A DNA stretch of 64,000 nucleotides, from positions 58,776,001-58,840,000 of the forward strand of contig NC_043002.1 of NCBI RefSeq assembly GCF_006345805.1, given 5' to 3'. The notes under the pieces were generated by a model. That model was given only the letters and a program-made list of their open reading frames with translations, ran no database searches and was not told the DNA's origin. Below are positions 52,641-64,000 of this stretch, one piece after another. A program made the translations under genes and the position numbers. Source of the DNA: Octopus sinensis. Its lineage: Eukaryota. How positions within the stretch are numbered: the first letter of the stretch is position 1; the number at the start of each line of letters is the position of its first letter.

Positions 52641-53972
52641 GCCACCAGCACGTGAGCATTACATGTGTAATAATTATTATTATGTACACCATTACATTTT
52701 CTTATGTCTGTGATCCCTGGATTCATGAGAAGATTTCTTCTATGAAATCTGTCCAGGGTGCACAAAAGGCTGGGGTCAGTTACCATAACCCATTAGGTTG
52801 TAAGATCACCACTTGAAGACCTTGTCTTCATATAATGTTTATAAAGGGAACACAGCTAGCCAGAGGTTATAACTTGTAGCAGTGATCTGAAACCAAACTA
52901 CAAGCTAACCAGTCATGCATCACAACTGAACTACAATAGTTACCTGGGATCAATATAATCCTCTATTCCCTTTTCCTCTTTCCCCACATTTCCAGCCTTG
53001 TACCTTCATGAGAAAATTATACTGTGCTACTTCTTGGTGCCAGCTTACATTACTGATCTGTGCTACACCAATGTGCATGGACACAATGTAGGGATAGTGA
53101 CAGCTTATGAACCACGACAGATTCAGTCGACTGTCTAACATCCTAGTAATTAAACTACCTATGGCTTACACACACACACACACGTGCTTTCACACAAAGC
53201 GCATGGATGGCCCAGTTTATGGGTTATTGGACAACCAGTCAAAGTTCAATAGGTTGTGTCCTTGTTACTAAAAACTCATTGCCAAGATAGTTCACTCTTA
53301 TGTGAGCCTAAGAATTCATAGAAATGAAGCAATGAGAGAGAGAGAGAGCGGAGAGGAGCAGTGAGAGTGAGAAGAAGAAAAATTAGGATATAATGATAAT
53401 GAGAGGAAGGTGAATTAGTGTTGAGTGTAAGGTAGGGAGGGGGTCATTCGAAGGTCAGTGAATTTGTTATAAGACTCTCAATCATAGTATTCAAATTCAT
53501 GTCTGTACAAATGCATATACATGAATAGATGAAAGGAAAACCTAGGAAGCCAAATGTTCACACACATACACACACACCTGCCACTCCATATACAGCTACA
53601 CACACACACACACACACACATACCAGCAGACATGTGCCTGCACACTCATATTCACTTGTGTGCAAACACTGTACACACACACAACAAACACACCCCTGCA
53701 CAAACACATACACACAAACACTCCCCTGCACAGACACACACACACATACACACACATACAAACACACAGACAAATGTACAAGACTATACATTCTCTTGAC
53801 ACATAGTAGTAAATATAATCTGTCACGACTTTGCAGTATCATTTTCTATAGCCTTGGTCTGACCCATAATGAAATTGAGTAGATGGAAACTGTGTGGAAG
53901 CCTTTCATATGGATTGTACCAGTGATTTAAAGGTCCAACTTTGTCACACACCTTATCATGTCAGTTCTACCA

Positions 53973-54238
53973 GGCATATAGCGTAGTTTTTAAGAGCATG
54001 GGCTACTAATCCCAAGATTCCGAGTTCAATTCCAGGCAGTAACCCAAATAATAATGATAATAACATCAAAAAATACCTTAGGAATGAGAACCCAGGTTCG
54101 AAATTTCCCCAAGACACCTGATGAAGGCTGAAGGGTATATCAGCTGAATCGTTGTGTTAATAACAAACAAGATGAGGACAAATATCCATCAAATGTAAAT
54201 AATGTATGTAATTCCTCATCTTTTAAATATAGAACTGT
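53973..54238 (+). mobile_element. Hammerhead-tailed tRNA-SINE (family H), full copy
   Basis: ggcatatagcgtag...gagttcaattccagg head; gacac-ctgatgaa-ggctg...cagct-gaatc-gtt-gtgtt at 54113-54158. Confidence 0.85.
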
Positions 54239-54444
54239 ACACATTCAAGGTACACATATCTGTGGAATACTCAACAACTTCCAATGCTAATTCAAGGAAC
54301 CTAATAATTCAGTTGATTGAACACTGGAACACTTGTGGTTGGAGATTCTAAGGTTTGAATTTTTATCTATGATATAAATATACACATATACAAATACAGG
54401 AATGACAAAAACATATCTATACACATAAAAGGTGTGTGTATGTA

Positions 54445-54708
54445 TATGCTCAGATGTGTATATGCTCAAATGTGTGTATGCTCAGATGTTATATGCTCAG
54501 ATGTGAATAGGCTCAGATGTGCATATGCTCAGATGTGTATATGCTCAAATTTGCATATGCTCAGATGTGAATATGCTCAAATGTGCATATGCTCAGATGT
54601 GCATATGCTCAAGTATGTAGATGCTCAGATGTGCATATGCTCAGGTGTGCATATGCTCAGATGTGCATATGTTCAGATGTGTATATGCACAGATGTGCAT
54701 ATGCATAC
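54445..54708 (+). repeat. 16-bp tandem repeat atatgctcagatgtgc, about 16 copies
   Basis: Contiguous units with point variants. Confidence 0.9.
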
Positions 54709-54727
54709 AAATTTCCAATGTCTAAAA

Positions 54728-56212
54728 CAGTGGTTCTCAACCATTTTTTATCAATGGACCCTATGATTACTTTTTTATTCCGGTGGAACTCCATCGCCAT
54801 CTGATGTTTAACCCTTAAACATTTAAACCGGCCAAATCTCGTCTAAATATTCTTCCTGTTTTATGTTCAAACTTGACAGATCAGACCTCTCACATCCAGT
54901 GGTGTAGCTAGGGTAAACTGTGCCCGGTGCAAGCTTCAAAAATGACCCCCCACCCACCACCAATTACAAAATCCACAATATTTTATAGTACTTATTTGTT
55001 ACAAGTAATTAATATTTTAAAGCAATATTTTAGCAACAAATACTTTGCCAGAGTTAATTTACCTGCTGGTTTGGTACAGCCTTTAATTCAAAATCTATTT
55101 TTTTAATGTTTACTTTTACGAAACCACCTTATTTTAACCATTTAATGCACCAGCTTCCCCGATTGAAACATTAAAAAACCTAATGTGTGAAATGAGATAT
55201 AATAAAAAATATACAATTGTTTAATGTCTCATCTTTCTTGCTTTTGGTGAGGCACCTTCCCTTCAATCAGTACCTGGGGCACGTGCCCCCCCCCTTTACA
55301 CTACTGCTCACACTTAACCTACAATGTCTAAACATAAACAGTCACATCATTGAACTGAGAAAGCTAAAAGATAATTCATGGCTAATTAAGCCCACAACAT
55401 CAGTTGACGTAAATTTACATGTGCTGTGTACTCGCTTTGAATCAGATGACAAAAATATATGCAGCCCTATCTGCTGCAGTTTTCTGCCTGTTTGTCTACC
55501 AGTTGAAATAAATATTCGCTATCACTCTTGGAATTGATAACAGAGGCTACCATGCAACGAATCTGACAGGTTTGTTAGACTCTTCATGTAAAAATTTCCA
55601 ACTCAGTCTAAGACTTCCTCACCATAATAGCATAAAAGCAGCAGTTTTGGCAGTTACACTACCATTTCCTATCAAATTCATAAACCTTCTGCAAATTCTT
55701 CTGGTCCTTCACGAAATTTAGTCACATCCAGCCATGACAGTTTCGTTGAATTTATGGTCTTCACAGTGATTACAGTTTACATAAATAAACAGTGCATGCT
55801 TTAAAGCATTGACATAAAAATATGCCAAACTGTTGTTGTGTGCTAATTGCTGATCTCAGCTGAGATGATTACCGTTAGTGCAACGTAGTTGCCTGATAAA
55901 AACCGTTGCCATGGGATTAAAAATAGTGTGAATACATAAGTATTACATTTGACAGAACAATAAATTAGTTTTCTAGATACTGCTTTAAAAATTCCCATCT
56001 TGTTCACACATTCACTTGTGTAGGTTGAACAATGTAAAATGTTAGGGAAAAAAACACAGCTATTTCTTGCAATAAATTCATTGACAGCAAAACTTTCTCA
56101 TGGACCCTTGGAATAATACTGTGGACCCAATTTACTATTTTGCTCGTGTGTACCCCAAAAAATTCAATGTGGACCTCCAGGGAGCCAAACAGACATTAGT
56201 TGAGAACAACTA
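54728..56212 (-). mobile_element. Degenerate hAT (Charlie-like) DNA transposon with nested MITEs
   Basis: TIR cagtggttctcaac / gttgagaacaacta; TSD gtctaaaa / gtctaaag; weak transposase trace (..TVKTINS..) on the minus strand. Confidence 0.72.
54897..55306. mobile_element. Nested hAT-type MITE
   Basis: cagtggtgtag...tacactactg termini; TSD ctcacatc / ctcacact. Confidence 0.7.
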
Positions 56213-56454
56213 GTCTAAAGGTAGAAAAACATCTCTCCTCTGATGAAGGCCTCAGGGAGAAATGCAGGAAATTCTTCTAATGGCATAATACAAACTTAAA
56301 AAGTAAAAACCTAACTTGAAACTCTATGGAAGGTTATTGCAGATGTATGTAAAATTAGATAAATTGATGGTTGTCTTAAACATATACTCTTCAGAGATGG
56401 TGAATTACATCAAGTGGAAAATCTTGAAGTGCAAAACTCGTTTTAATAGTATAT

Positions 56455-56790
56455 ATATAAGGGTGGTGAAGGTGACCCCCACCCTTGGTCATGAATGACC
56501 ATGGGATTGAACCTAGAAAGTTACCCTCTGAGGCACAAGTCTGGGCAAGGTTGTTTCTGGAAGACCAGCAGTAACCCATGCATATCAGCCTCCCCTCTCC
56601 ATGCCACTGATGTTATCCAAGGGAAAGGCAAAGGGGGATGATACAGCTTGGCACCAGTGATGTTGCAACTCATTTCTACAGCTGAGTGAACTGGAGCAAT
56701 GTGAAATACATTGTCTTGCTCAAGAACACAACATGCAGCCCGGTCCAGGAAACAAACTCACAACCTCACGATTGTAAGCTTAATGCTCTA
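56455..56790 (-). mobile_element. SINE family B
   Basis: Reverse complement of the 7058 and 62885 body. Confidence 0.8.
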
Positions 56791-57109
56791 ACCACCAAAC
56801 CATGCTCCTTCACTTTATATATATATATATACAATGGGCTTCTATACATTCTCTACCAAATTCACTCATGGGGCATTGGTTGGTATCTTTTCTTTGCTTA
56901 CTTACTTCAGTCATTAGACTGTGGCCAGGTTGGGGCACTACCATAAAAAAATTTAATCAAACAAATCAATCCCCAGCACTTATTTTCTTTTTGAAGCCGG
57001 GTCCTTATTTAATCAGTCTTTTTTGCCACACCACTAAGTTGCAGAGATGTAAACACACCTACACTGTTGTCAAGCAGTGGTGACAGACAAACACAGATAC
57101 ACACAAAAT

Positions 57110-57163
<54 letters not shown>

Positions 57164-57289
57164 TCAAAGAAATTAATTATAGAAGGAACACATCTAGGCA
57201 ATCAATACAAATTCCAAAACATAATTTAAAGTACACAACGAAATAAATCAGGGAACCATCCTAATGAGGGGGGCATTATGTTTTTGTAT

Positions 57290-58550
57290 GATTGGCATCC
57301 GTTAGTCTCAAAAGACTATGGATCTGCGCCTTGGATTGGATTGGATTGGTGTTGCAGCATCTCTTGTGACTGACAAGGCCAATGTGTGAGTGACAGTCAC
57401 AGCTGCAATGGTCGCAAATGTGGTTGGCCGGCTGGTCGTTTGTTGGTGGTTTGGTCTTCCTGTGTCTCCATCCCTCAGGATGGTACTCAGCATCTATCTC
57501 CAGCAGGAATGGTCTTTTGCCATGTTCTCCCAGGTTTTGGTAGTCATACTCATGGCTTCCATGCCACATCTGCACACATACTTGAAACAGAGATGTGGTC
57601 GTCTGCAAGCACATCTGCTGGAAGTTAGCTCCCAATACAGTATATCTCTCAGTAACTTCCCATCAGGCATCCGGTGCATGTGCCCCAGCCAGCGGAGATG
57701 GTGTTGCTGATGTCCACTTGACCCCAAGAATACTCTGAAGGTTGTGCAGATGGAAGGTATTCAGGCAGTGCTCTTGTCTGGCGGAAAGGCACCAGGTCTC
57801 ACCGCTGTGTAGCAAGGTACTGAGAACACATACTTTATAGACTGTGAATTTGGTGGATCTAGTCAGCTTGCCATTTAACCACATTTTTTTAGCTAGTCTG
57901 GCGACGGTCGAAGCTGCTAAACCAATTCTCTTGTTCAGCTCTTGGTCAAGTGTGAGGCCATTTGTAATTGTTGAGCCAAGGTTGAGTGGTTGTCGATGGT
58001 AATGATGGAGGGATTCTGTTGGATGATTGTTAAGCTGAAGGCACAGCACACCCAGTTGGGATTGTCCATCATTGTTTGCAGTTTCAGTTCTGAATGAGCT
58101 ACAAGAGCTGCATCATCGGCAAACAGTATCTCTCATACATAAATCCTGTGGATTTTGGTCTTAACATTGAGCTTGTCAGATTGAATAGTTTACTGTCTGA
58201 GCCTGTGTGGAGGCAAACACCGTCATTTTGCATACCAAATGCATACTTCAGCATAACAGCAAAGTAGATGTTGAACCGGATAGGAGCAAGCACGCATTCC
58301 TGTTTTACCCCAGGTTGAACGTCAAAGGGTTTTGAGGTGTTTCCGTTGAATTGTACTGTGGCCTTCATGTACAAATGGAAAGACTCAAGGATGCGGGGCA
58401 GTTGAGGAGAATACCCAATCTTCCCAACAACTTGGAACAACCCATTCCTATTCACCATGTCGATTGCCTTCATCAAGTCAATTAATGCAATGTAGAGAGG
58501 TTGGTTCTGTTCCCTACATTTCTCTTGTAACTGGTTCCCAAGGTTGTCAA
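57290..58550 (-). mobile_element. RTE-clade LINE RT remnant
   Basis: QEKCREQNQPLYIALIDL, GVKQECVLAP, ILFADDAAL and VLSTLLHSGETW; multiple frameshifts. Confidence 0.9.
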
Positions 58551-59713
58551 GCCAAGGTGTGGGGTGGAGATAAGCTCCCACTACCTAAAAAAATTCCCTT
58601 ATGGCATGCGTCTCAAAGAGCCTCTGACAGCCAAGTCCAACTCCTGGCTTTCTCATGTGGCCTATTATGTGGAACTGTTACTACTGACAGGAGAAGTGGC
58701 AAGGGCGAGTTACTGGCACCCCAAAATCAGTGCTTCGGGTAGATGGGACCCATTAGTCCCAGAAGGCAACCCATCTAAGGCTTGGGGAGAAAACCCTGAG
58801 GAGAAATCCAGAGCTGGAGTCCTGAAGGTAGTTTGAAGTTGTACTCAACCTTATTCTGATACTCCTGTGACACACCGATCCCAAGCTGTACTGGCCTCTG
58901 CCTTTCCCTTGGATGTTTTCGTATATGGAATACTTAAAACGCCATTTATACATTTAATGTACCCCTGAAACGGCCATAGATGATATCCTTTAACCCCGAG
59001 TTTGTATATTTATCTAATGTAATAATATTTATCAAATCTATTTACCTCTGAATTCTTAAATTTTCAACTCTCATCCGATAACTCATATAAACATCAAATA
59101 CTTAACTGATTTGAACGATTCCTTTTGGAATCCTTTACCTTGGATTTTTGTCTCTTTATTTGTCACTACTCCATTCAGTATGTGAACCCAACGTACATGA
59201 TGCATAGGTTTCACATATGACTTTTAAAACATGTAATTCTACTCATTTATTTATATAAATTTATATCTATCTTTATATCATTGTGTGCTTTAAATTATGC
59301 TTTGGAAATTGTATTGATTGCCTGGATGTTCCTTCTATAATTTCTCTTACCCTTTGATTTAGCTCACAATGAGCATTTCTTAATACAGCCCTTATATTGT
59401 GAATTATATTTAAGAACATACTTTATAAGAAAATGTAATTGTATATACATATTCATACACACACCATACAGTTGGCTATGGGAAGCAAACTTCGAAGCAT
59501 ACAGCCAAACAACTTGAACAAGATGCTGGCAGTGGGACTGAACCCAGAACCACTTGGTTGCAAAGTGATCGCCTTAACCACACAGCCATGCCTGCACTAT
59601 TATAAATATAATTTTGTAAAATGAAGCTATTTTCTGCAGCATAGCACATCACTTGCAGTGTCAATGGTTGTCTCAAGCTACACACACACACACATTGTAT
59701 GTATTTCACTTAC

Positions 59714-59824
59714 ATTGGACATTTTTCTGTCTCGGCCATCATGCCGTACTGCAATCCACTGATCAGAAATCATGGTGACACGTGACCAGGTCACTTGGTC
59801 GGCTGGTATTCCAAAGTTTCTAAG
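59714..59824 (-). CDS. Exon (111 nt, phase 0/0) of a divergent clathrin heavy chain-like gene, N-terminal propeller blade 1
   Basis: Minus strand: acceptor ttttctttcttttacag, then LRNFGIPADQVTWSRVTMISDQWIAVRHDGRDRKMSN, then donor GTAAGT. Aligns to clathrin heavy chain residues 15-49 ([28 protein letters not shown]...). Not in the ORF track because it has no ATG start. Confidence 0.92.
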
Positions 59825-60189
59825 CTGTAAAAGAAAGAAAAAAAAACCCAAATAAAATATATTTGAAAAAATGATTAAAAAATAAATAAATAAAATATCT
59901 GAAAGTAATTAAGTACTTAAAGAGATTACTGATGATGTTATATCAGTAAACTAGATAATGTTCAGAATCCATGCAATTACACTGGAGTGATAAAAGTAAC
60001 AAGTTATGAACCAGTGTGATAGCTTCAGTGTTGACACTTAACTGGTCAGAAATAGCAACCAAATCTCCCTCAAATATCAACCTTCCGTCTTAAGAAAACA
60101 CTTTGGATTCCTAAGGTCTTCCACAAAACCTAACCCTAACCCTTCCTCCCTCTCTGTTGAGAGGGTTTTGTCATGCAAGGTACAGGGTG

Positions 60190-60460
60190 ATCCTGTTGGT
60201 GCTGGTGCCACGTAAAAAGCACGAGGGCTGGTGCTACATGAAAAGCACTGATGAATGGGCCACATGAAAAACACTGGTGAATGGGCCACATGGTCACATA
60301 AAGAGCACTGTGGTAGGTGCCATGTAAAAAAGAACTGGTGATGATGCCATGTAAAAAGAATTGGTGATGGTGCCACATAAAAAGCACTGGTGATGAGGCT
60401 ACATGAAAAGCACTGGTGATGGTGCCATGTAAAAAGAAATGGTGATGGTACCACATAAAA
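60190..60460 (+). repeat. Minisatellite, about 26-bp unit ctggtgatggtgccacataaaaagca, about 10 diverged copies
   Basis: Same family C-related flanks as the 5700 and 48570 arrays. Confidence 0.82.
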
Positions 60461-62399
60461 AGTTTCCAATATATTCTGTAAAGTGGTTGGCATTAGCAAG
60501 GGCAATCAACTGTAAAAATTTGATGATGATGATGATGATGGAAAAAAAGACAGGATGATCACAGCTGGAACACCTTCAATCACAGATTACTCATTTATGG
60601 CCAACCTAGCACTAAACAACAGCAACACCCATCAAGTTGGTGAGTTTAACTGATAATAATTTAATAGACTATATGTTCTTTTAATGGATTCAGTTGATGG
60701 ATAGCAGCCATGCTGGAGCACCACCTTAATTTATTTTCTTTGTCGTTTTATGACTTTGAATTTGCAGCATGCTGATCTTCTCTGAGTGTATCCTTGAATG
60801 GTTAGCAGGTCTGGATGTATTGTTAGGAATTTATTTTAAAATGTATCAGTCCTTTTTTTATATTTCTGATTTTTTCAGAAAGGCAGTTGAACAAGTGAGG
60901 ATCTCTAAATATCAGACTGGTACAATAGCGTACTTTTGCTCATGATTTTGAAGATGGTATATGCAGAAGGTGACAATATCTACCAGTTGGTACATTAAAA
61001 TTCTCTCTAATGCTGAAGTTTGGAACATGCCCCTCCAAGGTTTTCCATATTTAATTGATAATATCTCTCTTCAGCATTCAAGAGAATAGAGACACAGAGC
61101 TTTCAGAGTCAAAATTAAATTTAATATAACTCAGCCAAAGTAAAGAAAAAAGAAAAGTGGGGGGGGGGTTAATGTTCATCACCTTTCCTTTTAAATTCTG
61201 CTTTGAATCCTTTGATTTCATTACCATTGTTTTAATGTTTATTTTGCAGGCTGTCATAGGTTAAATAGGTCTGTTGGTATGCTGCTGTGACATATCATTG
61301 ACTGTCTTAATTCATTGTCATCTTTTCTATGAGGTCTAAATTTCAAAACCAATAGACCAACAATCTCCCCAGATTCAGAGCTCTGCTGTCACTAAACCAC
61401 TTTGATTCTCTGTCATAAGGTCTAATGTTTTCACATCAACCATCCAACAATCTCACTACAGATCTTTACTAACACAGAGTATTGTTTTCCTTCCATCATT
61501 TATTCACACCACATTGTTGTCTAGGGTGTATCCAGCCACTGTCACAGCTCACTCATGCACTGCCTCTTTTTATTTTTTTATGCAAGATAAACAGAATAAA
61601 AAAGTAAAAATTAAAAAAATATAAATGCAATCATTGTTAATCTGACTGAAATAAGTCGCTGACAGACCAGACATCAGATGTGAGCATAATAAATGTGAAA
61701 ATAGCTCTTTCCCAGACTACATAAAGTTCCACCCCGACAGGAGTAGATTTTTCACCTTCAAGAACATGTGCTATGAGGAAATAATGCTTTATTTCTATTG
61801 TTATTTTCCTTTTGATCTATTATTGCTGAAATTGTTGTTGTTATTGTTGATGATGTAAAAAAGAAATATATACATAAAGATAACAAGCAAATTACCATTT
61901 CTAAATTTGTTGGTATTATTCCAGTTTCCTTAGCAACCAAACCAAAACTGTTTTTAGAAAGATTTAGGTAAAATATAACTTTGGTTTGTGTAGATATGTG
62001 TGTGTACAGATATGTGTGTGTGTGCACGCGCATGCGTGCATGCATGTGTGTGTTTGTGTGTGTGTGTATTATGCAATGCTATTAGTTCTGCACAACTAGT
62101 CTGACAACACATTAACTCACTGGAAGTTTATCCATAAACATCATGTGCTTTTTATGAATGAGATTGTTGGTATAAGATAAACCTTTATGACTCTCATCTG
62201 TTCAAGTTTTACAGCAGCCAAAACACCTAAACTCATGGCTACAGGATAAAAAAAAGAAAAAAGGAAAAGAAAATCTCTTAAAATAGCTTAGTTTTCCAAA
62301 TCTGCTTATCTTTCCTTGAACTTCATGTCCACCTTATACTCAACAAATTTTAACAGCCAGTTTATATATATATATATATATATATTCCATTTATTCATT

Positions 62400-62840
62400 T
62401 ACGTGTTGCAGTCATTAGACTGTGCTCATGCTGGTGTACCACCTTGAAGACGAATTGACCCCGGGACTTATTTTTTTCAAGTCTGGTACTTATTTTATTT
62501 CCCTCTTTTGCCAAACTGCTAAGTTACGGGACTTAAACACACCAACACTGGTTGTCAAGCGACAATGAGAGACAACCACACACATAGATAGATAAACAGA
62601 CAGACAGACAGACAGACAGACAGATAGATAAATGGATAAATAGATAATTAGATAGACAGACAGTCAGTTAGACAGACAGACGGATGTGATGAGCTTCTTT
62701 CAGTTCCTGTTTACCAAATCCACTCACAAGGTTTTGGCTGGCCTCAGGCTATAGTAGAAAACACTTGCCCAAGGTGCCATGCAGTGATGCTGAGCCCAGA
62801 ACCATGGGGTCAAGAGACAAACTTACCACACAGCCATGCT
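62400..62840 (-). mobile_element. SINE family A with internal (GATA/GACA)n
   Basis: Reverse copy. Confidence 0.8.
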
Positions 62841-62884
62841 TGTGATTATATATATATAATGCATGTATGTATGTATAATGTAGT

Positions 62885-63203
62885 GAAGACGTATGGCTCA
62901 GTGGTTAGAGTGTCGAGCTTACAATCATGAGGTTGTGAATTCAAATCCCAGGCTGCATGTTGTTTTCTTGAGCAAGACACTTTATTTCACGTTGCTCTAG
63001 TTCACTCAGTTGTAGAAATGAGTTGCGAGGTCACAGGTGCCAAGCTGTATCGGCCTTTGCCTTTCCCTTGGATAAAACTGGTGGCATGGAGAGGGGAGGC
63101 TGATATGCATGAGCGACTGCTGGCCTTCCACAAACAAACTTGCCCAAACTTGTACCTGGGAGGTGCAATCCCTAGGTCAGTCATGACTGAAGTGGGGTCT
63201 CAG
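62885..63203 (+). mobile_element. SINE family B
   Basis: gaagacgtatggctcagtggttagag...gaattcaaatccc head; body matches 7058-7390. Confidence 0.85.
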
Positions 63204-63905
63204 TAATGTATAATGTAGTAGGATCAATCAAATGATTGTGGTAAAATACAGCTGGTTTCTCTTTAGCTTGAACGTGACTTATAAAAAATACACCTAACTC
63301 AATGACTGATCCTTAGAATCCATTTATCAATGCATCAAATACCATTCATCCTATATCAAGATTAGACAGACATTTCTGATAAGAAGACAGATGCTATACA
63401 ACTCCATTCAAAAGCAACAAACATTGTTTATAATATGATGGAAGTGATGGATGAGGTATTTTGATGCAACTGATGTCTTGTAGCTGTCTAGTGTACTTTT
63501 TCCTGATACATATGACTGTTTAATTGAAAATAGTTCACCATAATGAAGAATGTATTCTCCATTACGGTGGACTATTTTCAAGTTAACAGTTGTATCTACC
63601 TGATGTAAGTCACACTGACAGATTCAAGACATGCTTCAGAAACTGCTGTGGTACTCAACTACCTCTTCATTCCATTTTATTTACAGATATGTGTGTGTAT
63701 ATATATAACATGCTGGTATTCAATATATCATAGCAGCAAGATTTGACTGAAGAAATCCAGTAGACTGAAATCAAACATTAAAATGTTTGATTTGTTATGA
63801 GATTTTTAGAATAATAATTATCAGATATTTAATTAATTTCTATGTGGTTATTATAGATAATATCTTTTCACTGTTGATGGAATAACTACAAAGCGGTTTG
63901 TCTCT

Positions 63906-63949
<44 letters not shown>

Positions 63950-64000
63950 GAATTTTGATTTAGTGTGCTAAATTGAAATTTTTTTTCCCTGATAGCTTGG

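Larger units (their letters stand above)
25499..59713 (-). other. GT-AG intron, 34,215 bp, phase 0
   Basis: Lies between two exons whose peptides join directly (...KMSN|VTVLNP...) at the equivalent of CHC Q49/V50. Confidence 0.85.

Noticed and set aside
56235-56280. ctgatgaaggcc as another hammerhead (similar CTGATGA hits at about 11400, 33308, 40434)
   Set aside because: No closing stem II, GAAA and stem III in the right spacing.
9943-59824. Calling the gene canonical clathrin heavy chain (CLTC/Chc)
   Set aside because: About 32% identity is far too low for an ortholog of this conserved domain, so no symbol was assigned.
63300-63340. Minus-strand IDKWILR resembling SDKFICIR
   Set aside because: Bounded by stops, with no splice sites; the true match is at 59714-59824.
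59825-64000. First coding exon of the clathrin-like gene
   Set aside because: No ATG-containing phase-0 exon resembling CHC 1-14 was found. The donors examined near 61755 and 63600 gave the wrong phase or no similarity, so it is probably outside the window.

Overview
Eukaryotic, AT-rich, repeat-saturated genomic DNA. The SINE, microsatellite and transposon repertoire looks like a coleoid cephalopod (Octopus-like); that is inferred from recognised repeat families, not from a search. The only host coding sequence I can support is three minus-strand exons (59824-59714, 25498-25396, 10095-9943), separated by 34.2 kb and 15.3 kb introns. They splice in frame into 122 codons of a highly divergent clathrin-heavy-chain N-terminal beta-propeller paralog (about 32% identity to human CHC17 by hand alignment from memory). 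Its first exon and downstream exons were not found and probably lie outside the window. The rest is intronic mobile DNA: a tandemly duplicated CR1-clade LINE, RTE remnants, a restriction-like-endonuclease LINE fragment, Tc1/mariner, hAT and piggyBac-like elements, at least five tRNA-headed or related SINE families, minisatellites and hairpins. The most unusual signal is a set of minimal type-I hammerhead ribozyme motifs of the Penelope-like-element kind. They include a tRNA-headed SINE family (5 copies) whose 3' half rebuilds a hammerhead, and a near-intact hammerhead at 17340-17382 in the sense orientation of the pre-mRNA. Repeat boundaries are approximate; exon, TSD and hairpin coordinates were counted by hand.
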